From: the human T2T-CHM13v2.0 reference genome, Homo sapiens
DNA length: 64,000 bases
Strand: one strand, 5' to 3'
Assembly (NCBI RefSeq): GCF_009914755.1
Contig: NC_060928.1
Below the pieces are notes generated by a model, which did no database searches, had not been told where the DNA came from, and worked only from the letters and a program-made list of their open reading frames with translations. A program made the position numbers and the translations under genes. Of the stretch, positions 13,195 to 28,049 are shown one piece after another; position 1 is the first letter of the stretch; each line of letters begins with the position of its first letter.

Positions 13195-15520
13195 AAAAAT
13201 ATCCTCATGTATATACCTTCCAAAGTGAATGTAGTTTCCTAATATTGGCTTGCTTCACCTCAAAGAGTAGGAGACCAGGGTGGCTGAAGTGTTAAGCAGC
13301 AAAAAATTGGAACAAGCAGAGGTTAAAATTCCTCATCAATATAAAAACTGAAACTGAACTCTGACAGTCAGACACAAATACTGGCTTCTAAAACCCATAT
13401 CTACCCACACAAATACACACACATAGAAAGTTACAGCTTTACTCAGCTTTATATAATTAACATATATAGCTGCTATGAAGATGTTTGGGAATAATTTTAA
13501 TTAATTTAACTAGATTCGTATTAGTTGTATTATACTACATTTTTTCTTATATCCCAACATCTCTGAAATCTTAAATAGCTTTTGAATTTTCAATGTATTC
13601 CTTAAGTCCTTGTTAACTGTCAAAATTTCACTCAAAGGTCATCAGTTTCTTGAATGTCTTTATCTTTTCATTTCTAATCCTTTGCTGTCCCCTTCCCCAC
13701 ATTCCAACAGAAATAATCTCTCCTCACTAGGAACTCCCAAAGCATGTCAACATAACAATTTTTATTATGACAATTTATCACATTCTACCTAACATTAGAT
13801 GCGTTATTTATGTACGCATCCTCTTCTGTGCTAGAATGCAACAGTCTTTGGGCTCATATCCATTCCCACTTGGAGTCTACATAGTCAAAATACTGTCGTT
13901 AAAATAATGTAGACGACCAAGTAGAGAATCCAAGACTTATTCAAAATCATAGTTTTTACTCAATAGCAGAGGTTAGGGCCAAACATATCCTGGTGCTTTC
14001 CAGACTTTCATTTCCACTAGGCTTTCCCTTTTCTACACAGAAATTTAAAACTGTTCTGATTAAATCAACTCTTTTTTCTCTTCCTGGTTAAAAACTTTGC
14101 ATTGAAAGAAAAAATGGACACCAATTCTGATCTCTTTTCTCTTTGCATTTGATTTGCTATATTTACACTAAAATTAGATTTCACAGAAGAGAAATTGAGA
14201 GACAATAAGAGTAAGAGTGAGGGAGAGAGAGATTGATTCACACTGCTCAAAGTTATTTCCCTGAGGAGCACAGGCTTCTTTCCATTAGGTGTTCAAATGC
14301 AACAAGAAGAAAACAAGGGATTCTTTACACCAGAGATTTAGATGAAACTCTGAGGCATGACCTAGAGCAAAGTAGCAATTAAAACTCCAAGTTCCAGTTC
14401 CTACCTATTGCCCACAGCATGCTATTGATTGTTGGGCTTCAATTTGCCTTAATGGAAGGCTGACTTGTGATGTCATTGTCTAGAAAGCTATTGAAACTCC
14501 CTTGAATTTGCCTTTGTTCTGTATAATTGATTAAATTCAATAACTTTTTATAATCTAAAAATATACAGTGACATCATTTAAAATTCCATGATTTAAAATG
14601 TCTTTGGGGGGAAAAACTCTATTACTTTCATTTTTTCATATCAAAAAAGGTTCAGGACAAAATTATTACCTCATTTAATTTTAAAAAATCAACAAAGAAT
14701 TCTTAAAAAATGCAAAATGTATATTATGGACTGAATATATTCCTGGTATTTGCTGTACACTAGGGTAAATTCTGTGAGTAGAACACTCACTGTGTGAGGA
14801 TTATTTCTACTTCCAACTCCAATCTACACATTTTCACTCTGTTCTCTCATTCCTCATAACTTTTTCGAGTGTCAAATCATATGGCAAGAATTAAAAGAAA
14901 GTGAGGTTAAAATGTATTTAAGATTTCCAGCGTTTTCCTAGACTCTTTTCACACCTCCTTCTAACTAGATTAGAATGCGAACATATAAACAGTTAATCAT
15001 TAGTTTATAAATGTTTAGCAATAAAATAATTTTGCTTGACTATTGTCTCGCCCAGGGGAAAATAGGCTGAAATCACTTAAGAGTACACCGTTTAAACCAA
15101 ACCATTCCTATCATATCAAATTATATTCTTTATTATATAAAATAGGAATGGAGCAGAAATACTAGCAACAACATATTAGTGTTAGCAACCAAGAAAATTG
15201 AGGTACCCATCTTGAATACATTGGAGCTTCACCACTATAAATTATTAAAAGAATGAAATAAATGCATGAATAAAGCAAAGTTTCTGAATCCTTGGGCAGA
15301 TCAATTTTAAATTAGTTCTGGAAGGGCCTTGACATTTGCCTGATTGAATGTTCTAAAGAAAAAGTTGAAGCCTTTCAACAGCAGGTTGTTGCTTTTTTTT
15401 TCCCTAGGTGTTGACAAATTGTCTCTTTGGCTAAAATTTTTCAACTGCAAAAAAGGTCTTCCATCTGAGACACTGTGTTAGATTTGCTATTTAATTGTGT
15501 CTTTTCAGCATGTCCATCTC

Positions 15521-15878
<358 letters not shown>

Positions 15879-15889
15879 TAGAGAGTCTA

Positions 15890-16346
15890 TTCTCTATGGT
15901 TTAGGTAGGATGAATCCACCTGCCATGGTGATCATGTGACTCACAACTGGCCAAAGAGAATGTTCTATCCTCATGTCAATCATGAAAATTAGATGACAGC
16001 ATTACCTCAAAAAGGCCAGAGTATTTGATCAGATTTGATGTAAGCTAGCTGTGAGAGAAAGAGTCTTTCTTTGATCAAAATTAAGAAGGATATATCCTTG
16101 GGGATTCCTTTCCTACCATATTGAGAAGCAGCCTGCCTGAAAATTAAGCCAACAGGAAAATGGAACTGAGAGAGAAACAAAGCCCTCTGGGCATCATTTG
16201 AAACCCTGAACCTACCTATACCTGAAGCTACATCTATCTTTGGATGGTAGTCAATATTCCAGTAATTTCCCCATATTTTGCATAAGGTCATTTGAGCCAG
16301 AGTTTAGGCACTTTGCAACCAATAACCAATAGATTGCTAACTAATA
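15890..16346 (+). mobile_element. Old MaLR LTR (MLT1J/K-like)
   Basis: catgtgactcac..ggcc, agcctgcctgaaaattaagccaac, catcatttgaaaccctg..cctgaagcta, and ending ttgcaacc..ctaactaata. Confidence 0.6.
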
Positions 16347-16606
16347 AAATTGTGATGTTATTTTGTAAGTTACTGCAAGCTACTATGTAGTATCTCTTCT
16401 TACATATAGGCAACTATCAGGTCATATGAACTCAGACCAGATGAAATGGTCAGAATCACTGAAAGGATATCTCAACTTTCTTCTCAACAACATTTCTGAA
16501 TGTCTGAAAAGAAAATTAATGTTCAATTTAATTTTATTGCCCTATCAAAGTAATTCTGGTTTTCTACATAGACATTCAGTTAAAGTTCACGCATATTATT
16601 TCCATA

Positions 16607-16765
16607 TCATGAAATTTTAGAATTAGAAAAAGACCTTGGAATTCCTCTTCCCCGTCCTCATTTTAGATAAGGAATCTGAAGTCTGACAATATTTAGTGAA
16701 TTGTCCAACATTATATAGCTAGTTAGTGATGACATTGAAATGCAATCAAATTCTGTATCCATAAT
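16607..16765 (-). mobile_element. MIR3/MIRc
   Basis: gaattagaaaaagaccttgg..cctcattttagataaggaatctgaag MIR core. Confidence 0.6.
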
Positions 16766-18225
16766 GTACCTGAAATTATACAATTATGCCTATTACAGTA
16801 TTCATATTATTCTGAAATGAAGTGACTTGAGATCTTATTAGAATATTATCATTTTAAAAATAAGAAATTAGCTTAGTCAAGCACAAATGATTGTGCATTT
16901 TTATCCACTGGGGTATCCATTAATTCTTCCAAAATGAGAATATACTAAATGAGCCAAAATTCCATTAAACACACACAATGATAAATGACCTGAAATGGCC
17001 TTTCTATAATGCTTTTGTTTTCTCTATAAATAACTACCAGATAGAAAAGGGTAAAAATCATAATATTCTAATGGGAACTAGCAAATTCTATTAGATATGA
17101 ATGCCTAATTATAATCTAAGTGAAAAAAATACTGATCTAAAAATGTTTTTTAAGGATGGCTCATCACACTCCCTCCAAGTTGATAGCCAGTTCTAATAAT
17201 AACTAACTTCAGGAATCAGAAAATACACATATAAAATTCTAACAGCCAAACAGCCTTTTTGTACAAAGTATTAGATGCTCACTGGTTGGATAAGCAGATT
17301 ATTTTCCTCCATATTCTTATTCCATACTTTTTTAAGTGGAGGACTTCTATTACTGCTCTAAGAGGCATAATTACTGAAAAATGTTTAGTATGCATTTGTG
17401 GATTTTTAAACCAACTCTCTAATCTTCAGCCAATGATTTTTATTAAACCAAAAGATAACCAAATATTTTCCTTTGGAATTGTTGCATAATTACATGAAGT
17501 AAATTTATAGCCCGAGAGAGTGAACAAAGAAATTAGGTACCCCCAACTTATCCACAAGCAAATGAAAGAAGATTTATGGGATAAGAAGAATGTTAAAAGC
17601 TAAATTAAATGTTCACTTAAAAGCATTTTCTTCAGTTTTTTTATATTGTTTAAACTTCTTTATTAAAAAGTAGTGCATATTATTAATACTTTGTCACAAT
17701 CTATTTCCAGTTATGTAAACTAGCTCAAAACAAGGTGTTTTTTATATTTGCAAAAAGTAAATACAATTTCATAATAAAATTGTGTTCTAAATTCTTAACG
17801 TCTCTAATGCCCCAACTATGAAAAAGGAGTAAAATAGTGAACATTTTGTCCATAGAATTCTAATGACTAAAGATCTAAGTAATAATTTTTTTTCAACTAT
17901 AATCATCATTTTTCTACATCAGTGAGATATTTACAACCATAATGATTAATCAGTATTTGTAAAATGGACAGATTACGCTCTTTCCAAGAGTTTCTCTTTA
18001 AGGTCTGCCTGGAACGCTCTTTAACAGGCAGGCAGACACCAATGCTATTCCCAGAAGTCTGCCTGGTTTCCAGTGCCCCTGATTTGTTCCTCCCTCCTTA
18101 CTGATGCAGTCATGAATCATCTTGTCACCCTAGTTCATATCCAACCTTCTTTGCCTGTAACTCCCAGGAGGCTTAAAAATACTATTCATATTTTCAGGAT
18201 ACACACACAGACTGTCCACACTTTT

Positions 18226-18533
<308 letters not shown>

Positions 18534-21258
18534 CTGTCCACACTTTTAAACCATCAACTAACTCCCTCCTTACAAAACAATAAAATAATTTAATCCAATG
18601 ACTTCTACTCACCAGGCTGGTAGAGGAAAGCTGGTAAGGGGCTATGGCAATGGGCTCCATATAGAGATTCTTCTTACTGATTTTTACGTTTTATCTTCAT
18701 GTACAAAATAACATGCAGAATATAACCCTGTTTTTCACATGCTGCCTCCCAGGTCCCGGCCTCTAGGAAAATTGTCCGACCCCATTCCCACTCAGAGTCA
18801 CTTTACTCTAGCTTTCCAAGGTCCGGCAGACACTGGGGGGACTTAGGGTCTGCCAGACTCTAGGACAACTACTTTCACAGGGTCCAACACTGCATGAAAC
18901 AAAGACATTCCAAAGGAGGCAGATTTTTATGAAAAGTTGTTTAAAGAGAACACACACTTTTCTTTCATGGGTAAAATGCCACTGTAAATCAGAGAACTAA
19001 AATGTAAGGCTCTCTGGGCCCAGTGACTCCCTTTTGATGTCAACAAACTTATGGTGCTGTGCTGCTGCTGTCCCTCTCCCTTTCTATTTTTTTTTTTTTT
19101 TAGAGTAAGTTTTCCTGCACATTGTAGTTTTAAAGTGCAAATAAATACAAGACCCAGTCACTGTTTGGATTCAGTGTTTTCCCTTGGAACCAGTGCCTTA
19201 CAGATTATGACATGCAGCACACAGAAAATGGGATTAGAAAAGGTGCTGTGGCCATAGGGTTGTCCTCGGGCTGTAGAAGGCAGGGAAACCCTTCATTATT
19301 CTTTCCCTCAGTCTTAGGAAGTTCATGATAGCTAGGTGTCACCTCTAATGTCATTGTCTCCCTCTCAGGCTTTGTCTCCCTGTCTCCCTCTTCCCTTCAC
19401 TCTTTCCCCCACCACCCCTCCTCCTCTCTCTCCATGGCTCTCAGGACCAAAGAAAGGCAGAAGAGCCTAACAGTGCATCCACCATCCCCTAATGAATTAA
19501 TAACCATGCCCAGCCCCAACACAAGCCAGAAAGGACTCTTCAATTCCAAATGGAGTAGTTAAGGGTTGGTAAAAAGAAGGCACACACTAAAAGTTCAAGA
19601 ATTTGGTTCTTGTTATCGCTGTGAAATCTGATGAAATATTTAGTTTTGTAAAAATGGGGTTCAATAATTTTTATATAAATCAGTGTTACTATCAGCTAAT
19701 TTTAAAAAAATACACTAAGAATTTACAATGGAAATAGAAAAAGAAATCACTGTTTCTATCCAATAAAATTAGGGCAGAGGGCTATCAATACAGCTGTGGT
19801 AAAGCAGAATGCCTGAGAGTTAACACTTTTTTTCTATTATATAGAAGAAACAACAAATGTTGTTTGGAATTATAACCAAATCTTCTAAATTAAGAACTGG
19901 TCATTAAGATTTTATCTAAACAGCCATATAACAGCTTTCTCATGACCAAGCTAAACAACACATTTTCCTTTATAATCGTTTTTATTATAGTTCTTCCTGA
20001 TTTTCATTGCAGATATACCAGGAAAGACAGGAAAATAAAATATGAAAGGAAATAGCACTTAAAGTAATTTTAGAAATTTATATGATTCCTCATAAGAAAG
20101 CAATCAGAGATTCTCAGTTTAGCTGTCTAATAACTGTTTGTCCCACATAAACGGACCCCTCTACCTGGGTGTACAAGGTTTATGTTTCCAGTAAACAAAA
20201 GATGCTGTGCAACACAGTCTGGGACTCACTGAAATGGGGACTCTTCCGGTAATAGGGCCTGACAAAAGTATTCGGCAAATAATATTATTCACCAAACATC
20301 ATTCTAATTTACTTTCTGAAGCACTTGTTTCAAAGTGCTTATTGATTTGGGAGATAAAAAGAATATGGAAGAAATTATAATAAGAACAACCAAACCAGAA
20401 AATGAAGAGCTCAGGCAGATGCTCACACACACACAAAAGGCACAATTGTTCCCTCTGGACACTTTTTTGCCTACTGTTTACTCTTTTGCCCATAGTGGGC
20501 AATATAGTAAAAAAATGTATTCAAATGGCCAATCATATCATTGAAGTTATTTTATTAGTCATCTAGGTAAATGTAGAATCCTCAAAAAAATAGTCATTCT
20601 CATTGTAAAAACAGACCTACTGATTACAATGCTAGGATAAATATTTTACACAGTTTACTATAAAGCCTCCTCCATTTTATTCCTGGGTTTTAAAAAGTAA
20701 AATATATTTATACTGTCACCTAATTAGATTATGTAAAGGGGGACAATAGGATCATTTCTTTTTCCAAGACATCTGTTAACCTAATTTTGAACCCCAAACA
20801 AGGAACAAGATTCTAGGTCATCCCAAAAAGTAAATCAGCATGCGTTCATTCATCAGTAAAAAGTCAGATGGAAAAGGCTTTATTAAGGGAGCCTTTTCTA
20901 AATCCTTTCCTAAAAAGGAAAAGGAAAAGGACACAAGCTCCACAACCCAGCAGTCTTTCTGCTGAATATTTAGTCTCACAGATCCACAGATCCTATTGTA
21001 CAGGAATGTTTATAGAAGCATTCTTAATGGTTGCAAAAAGAAAACAAAATAGAGTACCTCTAGGGAATGGGAAAATATCACAGGTGCACAAAACAAGTAC
21101 AAAGTCAGAACTCATGAGCAGATTTACATTTAGCAATACATATATAGAAATAGCTCATAAACCTAATACTTAGTTTTTTAAAAGAAATGAAATGATATTT
21201 ATAGCACACAATCATTTGTATAAATTTTAAAACAATACTATATTGTTCCAGGGATATA

Positions 21259-21795
21259 CAGTATTCCCTCTCTTATCCACAGTTTGTTTCTGCAATCCAA
21301 AAACATTAAATGGGAAATCCCAGACATGAACAATTCCTAAGTTTTACATGGTGCACTGTTCTGTTTAGTGGGTGAAATCTCGCCCTGTCCTACTCCAGCC
21401 CATGTAGGACATGAATCCTCCTTTGTCCAGCATGTCCACACTGCAGACACTCCCCGCCTGTGAGTCTCTTGGTAGCTGTCCTGGTTATCAGATCCATCAT
21501 CACAGTATCCCAATGCTTGTGTTCAGGCAACCCTTTTTTTACTTAATAATGTCCCCAAAGCACAAGAGTAGTGGTACTGGCTTATAGTTATAATTGTGTT
21601 ATTGTAATTATTTTAATAGTATATTAGCTATTTTTAGTCTCTTAATGTGCCTAATTTATAAATTAAACTTTAGCATAGGTATATATGTATATGAACAAAT
21701 ATAGTATATATAGAGTTCACTATTATTCATAGTTTCAGGCATCCACTGGGGGTCATGGAAAACTATTATCCCCCTAGGATGAGCAGGGGCTATTG
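21259..21795 (+). mobile_element. MER44-type (Tigger7 derivative) TcMar MITE
   Basis: Degenerate TIRs cagtattccctcttatcc and ggatgagcaggggctattg, TA on both sides, internal ttcaggcatccactgggggtc. Confidence 0.85.
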
Positions 21796-21823
21796 TACTT
21801 AACTTTAAGTCTGTGTAGTTATA

Positions 21824-21991
21824 CAGTCAGCTCTTCTTATCTGCAGGAGATTGGTTTCAGGACTTCCTGCAGATACTCAAGTCCATTCTATAAAATGGTG
21901 TACTACAGTTCGCCCGTTGTATCTGTGGGTTCAACATCCGCAGATTCAACCAACCACAGATGCAGAAACCACAGATACAGAAGGCCAACTG
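21824..21991 (+). mobile_element. MER8-type Tigger MITE
   Basis: TIRs cagtcagctcttc and gaaggccaactg, TA flanks, internal gattggtttcaggac..ctcaagtcc..ataaaatggtgta. Confidence 0.8.
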
Positions 21992-22019
21992 TATAGATAT
22001 AAATTTAAATCTACATGTA

Positions 22020-22534
22020 CAATTGACCCTTGAATAACATGAGGTTATGAGCACTGCCCCTTCCACACAGTGGAAAATCAGGTTATAACTTTTGACTCCC
22101 CCAAATTTAACTACTAATAGCCTACTGTTGACCAGAGGCCTTACCGATAACATAAACAGTTGATTAAAACACATTTTGCTTGTTGTATGTATTATATACT
22201 GTATTTTTAAAATAAAGTAAGCTAGAGAGAAGAAAATGTTATTAAGAAAATAATAACAAAGATAAGACATATTTACTATCCTTTAAATGGAAGTAGATCA
22301 TCATAAAGGTCTTCATCTTCATCATCTTCACACTGAGTAGGCTGAGAAGAAGGAGGAAGAAGAAGGGTTGGTCTTGCTGTCTCAAGGGTGTCAGAGGCAG
22401 AAGAGGTGGAGGAGGTGGAGGAGGTGGAAGGGGCGGCAGGAGAGACAGGCATACTTGGTGTAACATTTCTTGAAAACAATCCATGGATAAGTGGACCCAC
22501 GCAATTCAAACCTGTGTTGTTCAAGGGTCAACTG
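22020..22534. mobile_element. Tigger2a/MER28-type MITE
   Basis: TIRs caattgacccttgaataaca and tgttgttcaagggtcaactg with TA flanks. The minus strand encodes an acidic transposase-tail remnant QCEDDEDEDLYDD. Confidence 0.9.
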
Positions 22535-23244
22535 TATAAATTATTACATGTATATGTAATTGTATATATTATTTTATGAGAAGAATTGTAAGAATACACT
22601 TTAAGTATGTTACAGCAGATGTCTATGGGGCAAGAGAATGAGAGAGGAGCTTAGGGACCAAGTGAGAAAATTAGATGAAACAGAAGAGAGGCTTGTACCA
22701 AGCCAACCTATGACATAGTGGGCCATGAACAAGGACCATAGTTGACTCAACTCTGTGTATTTGACCAAAAACAAAAACGAAGAAACACATAAGTACTTTG
22801 TAGCTATAGCTATTGACATTAGGAACAATCAATACGCAGCCACATCTAAAGATAAAATTCATCTAAAGAGAAAGAAAATGATATTTTAAAAAGCATAGCA
22901 AAAAAATATAGACTGGTGATATCCCAAAACCATAATTTTAACCACAGTTAAGTAGAATTTAGAAAGCTTTAAAATCTTATGCAGAAATTTTTCACTTCTA
23001 AAATTGATTTATGGGTCTGATAGTATTTAAACACATGAAGAAAGCAAATCAAACCAAGGGAAGACTATCTGAACAGTTCACTGCAGCAACAGCGCTCACG
23101 TGGCACATTTGTATCTAACTTACAAAATCAGGGTTGGCACTAAGATGCCCAGCACCACCTGGAAGAGGCAACTACATCAGGCAGCAGTGTCATCACTTTG
23201 CTACATATGTGCATGGATTAAGCAGCCGAAAGGAAAAAGAAACA

Positions 23245-23370
23245 TATGTGTGTGTGTACACATATATAGAGAGACTAAAATATACATATATTTGTGTGAT
23301 TTGTATGTGTGTGTATATATATATACACACACATTTATGTGTGTGTGTGTGTGTGTGTGTGTCTGTGTGA
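23245..23370. repeat. Compound (TG)n/(TA)n microsatellite
   Basis: Direct observation. Confidence 0.9.
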
Positions 23371-26300
23371 ATAAATGAGAAATTCTATTTCAATGACCTG
23401 GCTGTTTCAGGCAAAATGATGGGGTATGATCTGAATGAAGACTATGTCATGTCCCCAGTCCACTATATATGGATCAGACATAGTTACATTGCACATCATC
23501 TGATAAGTTTGCAGAATTCTATGAAAGGTAAACTATTTTGTTAAATATGAGTCAAGGCACTTCTGAGTGATCCATATAGTCATTCAACAAGACGTTAAAA
23601 TGGAAACTAGACAATTTCAATGACTTTTCTCATTGTAGTTTCTTTGAAAATACTTCACTACTATTTCAATTTCCAATGAAAATAGGTACATACTGATTAT
23701 ATAATTATAGTTATAAAACTAATAATACATTGTTTAGATAATAGAAGTAATATTTAAAATGTATTGGTTGTATCTTCATTGATAAGAAAGTTGGATTAAA
23801 TACTGTGCAAAAATTACAAGTACAAATTTGTTTTTTTCAGCAAATATATCAACATTATCCCTTTTAAAATCCATTATTTTTACTCATCTTACCATTACTT
23901 ATAACAATGATTGCATGAAATTGTGTTGGTAAATTACTAAAGCCACGTAAATGTTAATAATTATAAATAAAGCTAATTTTCATAACTAAGAACAATAATA
24001 ACTTATTTGAGGATAACCCAAGTCCGTCAACCATATGATCATCTCAACATTACAAAAAGTTGCTAAACAGAGAATTTTACCCAAAAGATTATACATAAAA
24101 AATGATTGAAATCAACTACTGTAAAAGTTGACCAACAAATTAATGCCCCCAAAACTCTCACTCTAAACTAGTCATGGATGCTGCATAATAAGAAACAATA
24201 TATGACAACATGCACCAACTTAAAAGTCCCAAAGACACATAAACTATAAAATGTGCATTTTAGGAAATCAGAGTGGCAATGGTCCAAGGTATCCATCTCA
24301 TCATCTCAAACAAATTGCTTGATAAAAACTATAGATCAAATCACTATACTCATGAGTGGTTGTAAAGCCATATTTTAAACCTTGGCATATGTAGATGAAA
24401 CCATAGTTAGAGGAATTAAGAAATTTGCTTCCTATTGTTTAACATTCCCCTGTTAGGAGATCATCACAAATGGTGAGGAAGAAAAATCTAAAGATGTATA
24501 ACATGTTATCTATTTTTAAGACTATAAAATTGTGCACAGACCAAGTAAGTCCCCAGAGATTTAAATGGTCACACCAGACAGTTTATCTGAAATTTCTACA
24601 ACAAATGACCACCTTAAAAGTTCTCAAAAATACCGAAAAGTACTGAAAATTTTTTGTTGGTTTTTTTCCTCTCCCTTTTGCAACACAATGAGGGAATGAA
24701 GCATTTTTCTTGGACACTGAGTATAATTATAACTAATCATCTCCTTCTCCTTGGAGCAACATTCGTTGACGTTCCTTCATTTTAGGGTGGCTGGCTGACA
24801 CAATTCAAATATAATTACTCTTCTTGCATGATAAACTCCAGCACCGTGAGCAAATACGGTATGTCTCATTGTCAAGTATGGCTAGACAGCAGCGGTGTAA
24901 TATAGACCTTTCAAGCCCTGGTGTAGCCCCCTGCCTTTGAAATCTGTGTGAGATGACAAAACTGACTTTCATTTCCCTTGGACTTTCTCAAGGTATCCTT
25001 ATTAAGAAAAAAAAAAAAAAAGCCTAAAACCCATAAATTTAATCTACTGCCTGCCAATCACAATGGTTTCTGCTGTCAGACATTCATGATACATAACCAC
25101 AAAATTTAAATGTTATTGTTTCATACAAGAAGAAAATGTTGCTCACGACTACCCTCAAATAGTCATGTGACAACTCAGTGCGTTTCCTTTGTTTCCCTCC
25201 TCCACCACTGAACAATAGCACCAGCAGGAAATATGTAACTGATGTTCCACATGTGGAAGGAGCTACACAATAATAAACTCTAAAGTGGGTCATTGTTCCT
25301 ACCTATCGTATAAGAGACAATTGCAGATGAGCAAAAGTTTGTTTCCCAACATGTATTTCATTTCAGATTAATAGTGATGCTTACTTTATTCTCAAATAAC
25401 TTCCAATTTTTAAAAAAAAAAAAATCAAACCATAAGTGGATGATCATTGGAATACAGCTTCCACCAACTTTTAAAAAAGAAATAGTAATAATAACAACAT
25501 CACATAGTCATGAATGTTGAATTTTGGAAAGAAAGGCTTGAAATTTAAAATGAAAAATTTCAATACAGCCTACCAGCCCCAAGCAGCAAGGTTTTCATTA
25601 ACATAGCAAACCACATAGCTGTCTCTTACATTTACTGATTAGTGTTTTTGTTTAAAGAAAGTTATGGATGGCCACAGATATAAACTTGACATCATTTTGC
25701 CCCTTATTGAATTAAAATGAATTTAAAAATGTAGTTTTTACTTACTATTTTCTAGGATAGTGTTTTCACAATGGGCCATGCAATTTGTAGGGTTTTTTGT
25801 TTTTGTTTTGTTTCTGACTATAAGAGAACTCTCTTTTTCTGAATGTGTAGCACTGTAAATGGAACTATATCACATCACTATCTGCATGTTTATCTTAGTC
25901 TGCTACTGAGGACAATTACAGGCCGCTGGATCTTTATTCCTTGACATTCTAAAAACTATATAAAGTAAGCATCAACTGTTTCCATTAGCACTGACAAGAC
26001 TTAGCAGATGAAGAATCAAATTCTGACAATGAGATTCTTGTTTCTTGGATGAGGAAACACGTTGGCTCAGCACATCAGCAGGACTCATTTCTTCATGATA
26101 TGAAACAACGAAATGGAAATAAAGTTATATCCAATTGAAAACAAAACCTTTGTTTGCTCTACACATATGAGCAAATGCTCAGCAATTTTTGCTTCCAAAA
26201 TAGGGAGAATTCTACTACACAATTCAGTGGGAGAAAGGTCCGCTCTAGCCGCTCAGAAGTGATGAATATATGTGGCTGGCAGCAATCAAAGGCAATATAT

Positions 26301-28049
26301 ATTTACGAAATAAAATGAAACCTTTGACCATTGTAATTTGCAACAGCTAACCAGCTTGTTGTAAGAAAATGGCAACTATAATAAATGCGCATATATGTAT
26401 ACTTATATATTAAAAACAAACAGAAAAGCATACTATAGGGAGTTGGACTGAACATATTTACGACAACCTAGGAGACTCAAATTAAACACTGGCAGATTGG
26501 GTCCTCTGAAGTACACAAAGAGGGACACCTATCTCCTTATTTAACAAGGACATTCTATTAGGGAAAGTCTGATGGTGGGCAAAGTTCTTTGTTTTCCATG
26601 GAACACTGTGTAACCATTTTAGCAATCGGCAATGCAATCTCTCTAAAATACCTCTATAGCTTTCTTCTATTCTTGCACAAGGCTTGCACTGAAGCATTTT
26701 CAGTGGCACCCCATTTTCAACTTACCTTTTCCTTTCCCTGGGAAACAGGACTCTGCTACTCTGAAAACCATGTACCTCACTGGCCTAATTCAGCATATTC
26801 AACTGATCGACAATATTTATCTCTGAGATGCATTTATATCTAAAATTCTTTAGGTACACTGCCCAAATGCATAAGTCATTTAGAAATTAAAACAAAATAA
26901 ATATACAAACTCACCGTGGGGATTACAAAACATATTTGCCTTAACATTCTTCTTAAAAGTTTAGTTAAAAGAAAGAAAGAGACATGAATCTGTGATCCAA
27001 CTCCTTACTCATTATGAGAACTCATTATGATCTTACTCATTATGAGAACACATCCAGTCATCCCTCTGCTCTCCTCTATCACCCACATAGCTTAGTCCCA
27101 AACTCTAATAAGCCCTGACTTCACTCCACTGACCTACTACCCACAAAATGTCTAAAATTCAGCAATTTGAACTAAAGTGAACTGGTTATATAAGTGCAGC
27201 CCAAGTCCAAAAATAAAATAAAAACAAACAAAACAAGAACAGGTGACTGAGAGATTTGCATTTGGCTTGCCATGTTGCTTCTTCTACTCAAAGGCTGAGC
27301 ATTCTTTGCCTTGCGTATTTAAATATGCATCAGCTCAGAAGAAGTTACACAATGTTTCCATCAGCAGAAGATATGGCACTTAGAGAAAGCATCAGGAAAA
27401 TAAAAACTACAGACAAAATAGGGTGTATTTGCATATTTCACTTGAAATTAGGCTATGTTGCAGCACATTGGAAACTCATATGCATTGGATGTCAGCTGAG
27501 TTACTTTTCTTTCCCCCCAAGGTGACATTGGTGCTTGTCTTACCAAATATGATGCAACTGACAAGTGTTTTCATGTAAGGAAGATATATGCCTCCCATCA
27601 CCTTGTCAAGCTGAGTGAAGGCAAACTCCAGCACATCCTTTCACAAGTGATTAGGTGGTCGGAGTCATTAAAAGTCATAAAGTTAGACTGCAGCAGTGTG
27701 CCATGCATATATATGAACTCATCCAAAGCTGTCCTCCTTGAAGCAGGTGATAGCTCTCAACTTTGCCTCTGACCGACTCATAAATTCTTGACTGAGCTTT
27801 CTTTCTCTTAGCATATCTTTGAAATTATACTGAACAGTAAATGCTGCTTTGGCCAGTCTCATTGTCTCCTGCATTCCCAGCCAAGCCTCTAACCACTGGA
27901 GGTCCACACATCTGATTTTGGTTCACTAACACAAAGTAAACAACCGATTGGCATTACTTATTCTTCCACAGCACTTTTAAAATTAATTTTCAAAGTACTT
28001 TAAAAACTCCCATCAATCATTCCACTTTAAAATTTTCTAAAACGGCAAC

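Larger units (their letters stand above)
20985..22640 (+). mobile_element. Ancient L1M 3' fragment hosting three Tigger MITEs
   Basis: tgtacaggaatgtttatagaagcattctt (CTGMFIEAF, ORF2 C-terminal-like) followed by an L1M-type AT-rich 3'UTR interrupted by MITEs. Confidence 0.5.

Noticed and set aside
22242-22579. Pro-rich and acidic ORFs
   Set aside because: They lie entirely within the Tigger2a MITE and its gaggtggag repeat.
23124-26737. Other minus-strand micro-exon candidates: 23124-23158 (35 nt) and 26726-26737 (12 nt), both with gtaagt
   Set aside because: Short pyrimidine tracts. Such pairs are expected by chance in 64 kb without expression data.
27719-27907. Minus-strand 62-aa ORF with protein-like composition
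   Set aside because: No recognisable homology, a non-ATG start and no good flanking splice sites.
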